Positions 20,907-29,698 of a DNA stretch of 64,000 nucleotides are shown one piece after another; position 1 is the stretch's first letter, and the number at the start of each line of letters is the position of its first letter. A program made the position numbers and the translations under genes. A model generated the notes under the pieces. The model saw only the letters and a list, made by a program, of their open reading frames with translations. It was not told the DNA's origin and made no database searches. This stretch comes from Macrostomum lignano (taxonomy: Eukaryota), in the NCBI GenBank assembly GCA_002269645.1, contig NIVC01001343.1, positions 245,956-309,955 of the forward strand, read 5' to 3'.

Positions 20907-21490
20907 ACTGAGCTACAGAATCCTTAATATTCTTAGTTCAAATGGGAATTACACACAAAATTATTGCACTGAAATTGCACTGTGCGCCTAATCACATTTG
21001 ATTTCAATTCATTGTCATTCATTGCAAGTTAAAAATACGGGTGCTATTTGAGCTGACAGCATACGAACTTAAGAATGCAATAAAAACTATGACTCGTGCT
21101 TTCGACTTCTTAGAAATCTGCCTCCCAGAGTGCTCAAAGCCGAGGCAGCTGAGCATTGCAGCTGCTGTGAAACCAGGATGTGAAATATTTCTGAATTAAA
21201 TGAAAAATTCGTGGAAACACGAGCTATGCTGTTTAGTAGAAGACATGATTACATGATTGAATCATTGAGTAGACAGTTCTGTACCGAATCACTCTGAGCA
21301 AAAGGTTTATATGCCAAAAAAATTAAATAATTGTATTTTAATGGCCATAAATAGGCCAACAGAGATTCAACAGAGATTCAATAATCAAATTGTAATCTTA
21401 AGCCCATGAATGAAGCTCAGAGTTAAGATTCTAATCTTAGAAGCACAGCTCATCCTATAATAGTACAGCAATTACAGCAATACACAGCCA

Positions 21491-21835
21491 TGACATCAGT
21501 ATCTAACAGGTGACATCAGTATCTAACAGGTGACATCAGTATCTAACAGGTGACATCAGTATCTAATAGGTGACATCAGTATCTAACAGGTGACATCAGT
21601 ATCTAACAGGTGACATCAGTATCTAACAGGTGACATCAGTATCTAACAGGTGACATCAGTATCTAACAGGTGACATCAGTATCTAACAGGTGACATCAGT
21701 ATCTAACAGGTGACATCAGTATCTAACAGGTGACATCAGTATCTAACAGGTGACATCAGTATCTAACAGGTGACATCAGTATCTAACAGGTGACATCAGT
21801 ATCTAACAGGTGACATCAGTATCTAACAGGTCACA
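21491..21835. repeat. 20-bp minisatellite (tgacatcagtatctaacagg)
   Basis: About 17 near-perfect copies; two further copies at 19347-19384. Confidence 0.95.
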
Positions 21836-21974
21836 TCTGTGACAGAAGTTTAACAGACACGTCATGAAGTCAGACTTTGAGACTGAGACGGCATCCTCGA
21901 ACAGATTTCTGAGAATGACAAAAGACAAACTGAGCAAATTTGGGGTTCGACTTTAGAGCCTTGCATTGAAGTAA

Positions 21975-22975
21975 TTGACCCTTAACCTCTCAGCAATTCC
22001 CGCATGACCTTTGATCTCTCAGCAATTCCCGCATGACATTTGATCTCTCAGCAATTCCCGCATGACCTTTGATCTCTCAGCAATTCCCGCATGACCTTTG
22101 ATCTCTCAGCAATTCCCCCATGACCTTTGATCTCTCAGCAATTCCCCCATGACCTTTGACCTCTCAGCAATTCCCCCATGACCTTTGATCTCTCAGCAAT
22201 TCCCCCATGACCTTTGACCTCTCAGCAATTCCTGCATGACCTTTGATCTCTCAGCAATTCCCCCATGACCTTTGATCTCTCAGCAATTCCCCCATGATCT
22301 TTGACCTCTCAGCAATTCCCGCATGACCCTAAAACTCTCAGCAATTCCCGCATGACCCTTAAACTCTCAGCAATTCCCGCATGACCTTTGATCTCTCAGC
22401 AATTCCCGCATGACCCTAAAACTCTCAGCAATTCCCCCATTGACCTTTGATCTCTCAGCAATTCCCCCATGACTTTTGATCTCTCAGCAATTCCCGCATG
22501 ACCTTTGAACTCTCAGCAATTCCCCCATGACCTTTGATCTCTCAGAAATTCCCCCATGACTTTTGATCTCTTAGCAATTCCCCCCTGACCTTTGATCTCT
22601 CAGCAATTCCCCCATGACTTTTGATCTCTCAGCAATTCCCGCATGACCTTTGAACTCTCAGCAATTCCCCCATGACCTTTGATCTCTCAGAAATTCCCCC
22701 ATGACTTTTGATCTCTCAGAAATTCCCCCATGACTTTTGATCTCTCAGCAATTCCCGCATGACCTTTGATCTCTCAGCAATTCCCGCATGACCTTTGATC
22801 TCTCAGCAATTCCCTAATGACCTTTGATCTCTCAGAAATTCCCCCCTGACCTTTGATCTCTCAGCAATTCCCGCATGACCTTTGATCTCTCAGCAATTCC
22901 CGCATGACCTTTGACCTCTCAGCAATTCCCGCATGACCTTTGATCTCTCAGCAATTCCCGCATGACCCTTGACCT
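21975..22975. repeat. About 28-bp minisatellite (gacctttgatctctcagcaattcccgcat)
   Basis: Tandem copies. Confidence 0.95.
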
Positions 22976-23034
22976 TTATGTTGTCACAAAGCGTTTTTGA
23001 AATTTCTTGAGAATCTTTGAAACTTTCTGGTAAT

Positions 23035-23992
23035 TGGTGACAATCCTGTCTGTGTTGGTGACAATCCTGTCTGTGATGGTGACGATCCTGTCTGTGATGG
23101 TGACGATCCTGTCTGTGATGGTGACAATCCTGTCTGTGATGGTGACAATCCTGTCTGTGATGGTGACAATCCTGTCTGTGATGGTGACAATCCTGTCTGT
23201 GATGGTGTATTTAGGCAGTAAGGCATATTTCATGCATATTTCATTTGCAGCAAATGTATGGCTAAACTGCCAATAACATTTGTCTAGAAAAAAATTTATG
23301 GGCAAAAAATCACTAATGAAGCAGCTAAAAAATAGAATTTCATTCCTTAAGCATGGAAGAGAGAAAGATGGGAGGAGGGAAAGAGGGAAAAGGGAAGAGG
23401 AGAAGAGGATACGGGAGAAGAACAAACAGCGGAAGAAGCAACAGCAAAAAACAAAGCAGCAACAGCGGAGAAGCAAAGCAGCAACAGCGGAGAAGCAAAG
23501 CAGCAACAGCGGAGAAGCAAAGCAGCAACAGCGGAGAAGCAAAGCAGCAACAGCGGAGAAGCAAAGCAGCAACAGCGGAGAAGCAAAGCAGCAACAGCGG
23601 AGAAGCAAAGCAGCAACAGCGGAGAAGCAAAGCAGCAACAGCGGAGAAGCAAAGCAGCAACAGCGGAGAAGCAAAGCAGCAACAGCGGAGAAGCAAAGCA
23701 GCAACAGCGGAGAAGCAAAGCAGCAACAGCAGAGAAACAAAGCAGCAACAGCGGAGAAGCAAAGCAGCAACAGCAGAGAAACAAAGCAGCAACAGCGGAG
23801 AAGCAAAGCAGCAACAGCGGAGAAGCAAAGCAGCAACAGCAGAGAAACAAAGCAGCAACAGCGGAGAAGCAAAGCAGCAACAGCAGAGAAACAAAGCAGC
23901 AACAGCAGAGAAACAAAGCAGCAACAGCAGAGAAACAAAGCAGCAACAGCAGAGAAACAAAGCAGCAACAGCAGAGAAACAAAGCAGCAACT
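23035..23992. repeat. 21-bp array (ggtgacaatcctgtctgtgat) 23035-23205 and 22-bp array (agcaaagcagcaacagcggaga) 23440-23992
   Basis: Tandem copies; they explain several spurious ORFs. Confidence 0.95.
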
Positions 23993-24001
23993 GAAACACA
24001 C

Positions 24002-24322
24002 CTGGCATAACAACCGACCTTCCTTGTTGCCGAAGCTGACATCCGGCACATCAACGCATTTCTGCTCAACGCACTGCTCAATGATGGCCTGTTGCTCTTC
24101 TCCATCAACATCAATGTCTTTGTACTTTTGCTTTTGAACAATCAGATCGACATAAGCGCTAATGAGTTTAGTGATGGAATCGGCTTCGGAAATCTTATAG
24201 CCGTGATTGCTCTGTCAGAGTAGCCGCCAAAATCCAGAGTGAGTCCGTGAACAGTGGCTGCCCATTTCTTCACAGACGTGAGCGGCCATTTCTTTAGAAT
24301 TTGTTTGGTCTTCTGGTCTACG
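24002..24322 (-). pseudogene. Orphan talin-like FERM F3 exon with frameshift
   Basis: VDQKTKQILKKWPLTSVKKWAATVHGLTLDFGGYSD, then in a shifted frame ISEADSITKLISAYVDLIVQKQKYKDIDVDGEEQQAIIEQCV. This parallels the recalled talin F3 sequence VDEKTKEVIQEWSLTNIKRWAASPKSFTLDFGDY...EGEQIAQLIAGYIDIILKKKK. AG acceptor and a plausible GT donor flank it. Confidence 0.75.
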
Positions 24323-24377
24323 CTGCAGACTCAGTGCTTGGATACGCCGAATTAGCGGGGCACGAGTTTGTTCTCAG

Positions 24378-24871
24378 ATGTCAGTTTCTCCCGAGGGGAT
24401 GAGCACACAGATAGAGTTGAGTCCGGGAGTTCAGAACGACATTCTCAAAGCCCTGGCCTGCACCAGAGAGCCCTGGCCTGCATCAGAGAGCCCTGGCTGC
24501 TCAATCGCTACCTGCTCTACACGCTCGATGACGGGAAAATCTGCAGACAAGACGCCGCTCTGGTCGTATCGAGCGTGGCCTCGAACCCTATGGGCTTGCA
24601 GATCATGTGGGAATTTCTCAGAGACAGCTGGTCAAGCATCCAGGCACGGCAGGTTGGCATTTTCTCCTTGGCCAGGTACGCCTCCAGCTTGGGCGGCTTC
24701 AACTCGCCAGAGAGGCTTCGCGAGATCCGGGAGTTCCTGGCCGCCAACTCGAACAGCCTGGCCAGCGCTGTCCGCGCATTCGGCAACGCATTGGAGTCGG
24801 TGAGGAACAATGTCCGGTGGATGACAGACTGCTTGCCAGCCGTTATGGACTGGCTGGATTTGCAGTCCTAG
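24378..24871 (+). pseudogene. Orphan terminal exon of an M1 aminopeptidase (aminopeptidase N-like, ERAP1_C domain), frameshifted
   Basis: ILKALACTREPW / LLNRYL...VASNPMGLQIMWEFLRDSW...ALESVRNNVRWM. A 20-bp tandem duplication at about 24451-24496 shifts the frame. No catalytic HEXXH exons were seen upstream in the window. Confidence 0.75.
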
Positions 24872-25444
24872 TGCTGTGCGAGTGCTGACTGGAAGATTGA
24901 GTGCACAATGGCACGTTTTATTTGCTCCTCACGTAAAATAATCCTGAATACAGTACTTACCAACATCTTGCAGTTCGTTTTGTACCATATTGTATGCCAG
25001 AACTTAAACAAAATTTAGCTAACATGTCTAACAGGAGACTCCCATGTCTAACAGGAGACTCCCATGTCTAACAGGACACCACAATATCTAACAGCGCGAG
25101 TGTGCATTCAGTTTAAAACCGTACTCTGCTACCCAGAGTAGTCTCAAAAGTGTTTTTCCACCAAATCCGGTCCAAACAAAAGCAGAAATGCGGTTTTATT
25201 CTCATTTTCCTGCTCAAAACAGCGGCGCCCCGCTGAGGTGGCTGAGCAGCCCTCATGCCCCGCCATTGTCTCAGTTCAATGAAATGCGAAGCCACTGCAA
25301 ACACTTATTTATGTACATTGCACAGTGCACTGAGTGAGCACAGACTCAAGTGTCTGCCAGCATTATTGATGCAGCATCAGCTGTTCAAAAGAGATGTACA
25401 AAAGAGAAAAGAAATGATGCTGCGAAATATTGAAATATGAAATG

Positions 25445-25742
25445 GGACACTGCGGGTCACGGCAAGTCAGGACACAGCGGGTCACGGCAAGTCAGGACAC
25501 AGCGGGTCACGGCAAGTCAGGACACAGCGGGTCACGGCAAGTCAGGACACAGCGGGTCACGGCAAGTCAGGACACAGCGGGTCACGGCAAGTCAGGACAC
25601 AGCGGGTCACGGCAAGTCAGGACACAACGGGTCACGGCAAGTCAGGACACAACGGGTCACGGCAAGTCAGGACACAGCGGGTCACGGCAAGTCAGGACAC
25701 AGCGGGTCACGGCAAGTCAGGACACAGCGGGTCACGGCAAGC
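25445..25742. repeat. 25-bp minisatellite (gggtcacggcaagtcaggacacagc)
   Basis: Tandem copies. Confidence 0.95.
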
Positions 25743-26271
25743 CAAACGGTGTCTTTATATTTAACTGAGAACTCTTGAGTAAGCACAGGACTTCCTGCTC
25801 CAACAGTTGCTAATAAAAAGTCAGCCCAAAAATCAAATATCAGAGATATTTGATTCTCTGATATACAAGAGATATACAAAAATCAGAGCCGGAAAAAGCG
25901 CCAAACCGGTGGCTGAAAATGTGAAAAGTTCTCGGAAACAGAAAATCTGGAGTAGGCATTGAGCAGTCTGAGCAAATTGGGGAAATTGTGATTGGCTTTG
26001 TGCCAGAGTTTCAAAATCAACATTGATCAGCTTAAAACTGAAATGGCACTCGAGTCAGCACAAAAATGTCTTATTAATTGAAGGGAGCGACCGGTTAACC
26101 AAACCCGCAGTCAAATAAATAAAATTTTAATTCCGAATCGCAGCCGAATAAACAAAATTATGATTGGATAATTAATCTGGGCAACGAGTAGCAGCAGGAT
26201 GATCGATAGACAAAACGATAAAAATTCTAATCTAAGCAGTTCGAACAAACAAAGCAGTCGGATAAAAAAAG

Positions 26272-26400
26272 GGCAATCGGATGAACAAAAACGGCAATCG
26301 GATGAACAAAAACGGCAATCGGATGAACAAAAACGGCAATCGGATGAACAAAAACGGCAATCGGATGAACAAAAACGGCAATCGGATAAACAAAAACAGA
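26272..26400. repeat. 21-bp minisatellite (ggcaatcggatgaacaaaaac)
   Basis: Tandem copies just 3' of ANK-kinase B. Confidence 0.9.
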
Positions 26401-26469
26401 CAACGTCGGCAAGCAACACCGACCACTTCAAGAGCCGCTCCGCTCCCTCACAGCCCGTCGCTCTCGCAG

Positions 26470-29400
26470 TCATGATGAGGCACTCAGGAAGCTGTGCCGC
26501 AGCAGCTCCGCGGTGTCCGCTCGCTTTTCAGGGTCATAGTCTACGCACCTGAGGTAGAAGTCCTTCAGGCCGGCTGAGAACCCGTCCGCAATCCGAGGCA
26601 TCGCCCGCCCTCCGCACCTCACGATGCCGATCCGGAACTGCTGAACGTTCGCGTCAGGAGGCTCCATAGCCGTCAGCTCATACACGGTGCAGCCGAAGGC
26701 CCACACGTCGGTCTTGGCTGAGTACGGAATCAAGTTTTCCTCGCCCATGAACAGCTCGGGCGCCATGAAGTAGGGAGTGCCTTTGGGATCGACGCCTGTG
26801 CTCAGGCCGCAGGTGTCGACGATCTCCTTAGCGAGGCCGAAGTCGATTAGCTTGATGACGCCCTCGTTGTTGAGCATCATATTTGAGCTCTTGATGTCAC
26901 GGTGCAAGATGGCGCCCTGCGGCTGGCAGTGCAGGAAGTTCAGGCCTGAGCAGATCTGCAGGGGAGCAGTTTTAAGCAGTCATAAAATTGCATTTATTCA
27001 TTCTGGATCCCTCCCACACTGACCTGATGATTGATCCCACACTCATCCCACACTAATCCCACACTCATCCCGCACTGATCCCACGCTGATCCCACACTCG
27101 TCTGACATTGATCCCACACTGATCCCACACTGATCCCACACTGATCCGACACTGATACCACACTGATCCCACACTGATCCCACACTGATCCCACACTGAT
27201 CCCACACTAATCTCACACTGATCTCACACTGATCCCACCCATGCCAGGCAATGCCACAGAACCCAGAGACGCACCTGTCTGGAGAAGTCCCTGACCCCGG
27301 ACTCCTTGAACGGCTTGTTCTGACGCTGCATCAGCTCAAAGAGGCTGTGACCCGAGACCAGCTCGGTGAAGATGTACAGCCCATCCGACTTCTGCTCGCA
27401 CTTGAGGAACTGCAGAATGTTGGGATGCGAGAGTCGCTTGAGGATCTCAACTCCCCGCTTCTCCATCTCGACGGCTTTCTGCAGCTTCCCCGATTGGCCG
27501 GTGCCGCTCAGGGGCAGCACCTTGACAGCCACCGTCTGGTTGCGGTCTGTGAGGGCCTTGTACACCTCACTGAATCCACCACGACCGATGAGCTGCTTCT
27601 GGTTGTCCTGCAGGATGAAGTTCCAGTCGGTGAAGCTTGGGTCCAGCTGATTCTTTGTGCTGAAAACACGAGGTGAAGGACTTCGATAAATTTTGTTTTG
27701 CTTGGGGCTTTCTGAGTACTTTGGAGTCACTCAGCCTTTGCGTCACCACCCTTCTGCTTCAACACTCGGTCTTTGCTGAGTACGGAATCGAGTTGCCCTT
27801 CCCCATGAGCATCTCGGGCGCCATGAAGTGCCAGGTGCCTTCTGGCTGGTTGCCTGCGCTCAGGCTGCAGGTGTTGAAGAGTTCACAAACTGCCGCCTCA
27901 TAATCTCTCACCGAGTCTCCTCAGGCAGTCCGACCGCAGTCGGCCCAGGCGGCTGGACGCTCTCCCGAGCTTGTGGGCGGGGACGCAGAGCTGCAGCGCT
28001 GTAGGAAGAGTTTTACGAGTGAGCTCGTTAAACATGTCTGGGTCGCCAAGACGGCACTTAAACTCTGCTAATGCTTCATGTGAAAGAAGCCTTTGCAGAT
28101 TGAGCTTTGGGTGGCGCTATGGGGACATTGGGGCGCGATTGGGAGATTGCGGCGCCATGAAGACATTGGAGGCTCTCAAATTATTTAAGTGCCGATATTT
28201 TTAACATCAAACGAAGTAAAATTCCTGCTACGAGTAAAATCGGAGAGTTTGAAACTTTGGAGAGTTTGATGGCACTTGAACTCACTGATGCTTTGTGTTA
28301 AAAAACTGCAGATTGAGCTGTGGGTGGGGGGGGGGTTGGGGGCCCCATGAAAAGATTGGGGGCGCTTTGGGGAGATTGGAGGCCCCATGAGGAGGTTGGG
28401 GCGCCATGAGCAGCTGCCCTGACTAATTCGTGACGCCCTCGCTTGACTGCGGCGCTGTTGAAAATTTCAGGGCGCCGATCATCAAAACGCAATGAACTTT
28501 CGTCAAATAACATTTTCAGTATTTTTAATATCAGGCAGCAGCTCTCAGTCAGGACTCACCCAGCTGAGGCGGCAGTCGGCGCTGAGCTGCCAGCGGGAGG
28601 CCGAGAGGCTTCGAGCCGTCGCTGCGTGGAAATCCAGGCCCGCTTTGCTGACTGGTCTGTGCGGCACCGATCGCTCTCAACAACATCAACCGGTGTTTCG
28701 CCCCTATTGTTCTTCAGGCTGAACATTTCGACTCCGATTTGTTCAAAAATGAACTGAAGAGAGTCGACTGGCTGACGCTCAGCGGCCAAATGGACGGCCG
28801 TGTTACCGTCTTTGTCAGGAACTGTGAGACAGTCGCTGCCGAGCTCCTTCACCAGCCACTTCAGATTTGAATTGTCAGAATTCTGAGCAGCAAAGTGAGA
28901 TGCTGTTCTATCACACTTTGTCTTCAGCCGAAAGCAGTCAGTTCCGATCAGTCTCTTGATCCACTCTAGCGACTCGACGCCCTGATGTATAGCGGTAAAA
29001 TGGACGGCCGTGTCACCGTCTTCGTTCGGAACTGTGAGACAGTCGCTACCGAGCTTCTTCACCAGCCACTCCAGATTTGAATTGTCAGACTTCTGAGCAG
29101 CAAAGTGAAATGCTGTTTCATCACACCAACCATTCAGTCGAAAGGAGTCAGTTCCGATATGTCTCTTGATCAACTCCAGCGACTCGATGCCCTGATGCTG
29201 AGCGGCCAAATGGACGGCCGTGTCACCGTATTCGTTGGGAACTGTGAGACAGTCGCTGCCGACTTCCTTCACCAGCCACTTTAGACAAGAGTTGCTTTTT
29301 CTGTTCATAGCAGCGAAGTGAGCGACTGTGTGTGCCGATCCATCGGCAAATCCCAAGCAGTCTCTGGCTCCCTTCTCTTTAACCAGCTCCATCCAAGTTT

Positions 29401-29698
29401 CGTCCTGATGCAGGGCTGCTAGGTGCACTGGAGTCTCACCCCTACCATTTCCATGTGTCAGACAGCCGGGTCCGAATCTGTCAATCAGCAGCTCCAGGCA
29501 CGACAATCTCACCGGCTTGCAGGCCACGTGATGGACCAGCGGCATTTTAAGAAGCTCTTTAAAGGGATATTCTTGCGTGTCAAACCCTGCCACCTCCAGC
29601 TCGATGTTGCTGCCGACCTCACCGCACAGTCGCTGCAGCTCCTCGCTGTCTCCAGCCTCCAGCGCCGCTCTCAGCTTCCGCTCCATCTCTGTTGCCAT
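26470..29698 (-). CDS. Ankyrin-repeat + protein kinase gene, copy B (about 8 ANK repeats, linker, STE/MAP3K-like kinase), about 698 aa, intact
   Basis: Exons 28560-29698, 27912-27998, 27275-27659, 26470-26955 are phase-consistent. The last two exons have the same lengths as in copy A (385 and 486 nt). Motifs GRGGFS, VAVK, HRDIKSSN, DFG, GTPYFMAPE. Confidence 0.88.
27010..27240. repeat. 11-bp repeat (cacactgatcc) in the last intron of copy B; a shorter homologous array lies at 16430-16560 in copy A
   Basis: Same unit at the same intron position in both paralogs, with different copy number. Confidence 0.9.

Noticed and set aside
21491-25742. Regular 20-28-bp repeat arrays as CRISPR arrays
   Set aside because: Units are head-to-tail with no unique spacers, there are no cas genes, and the context is eukaryotic.
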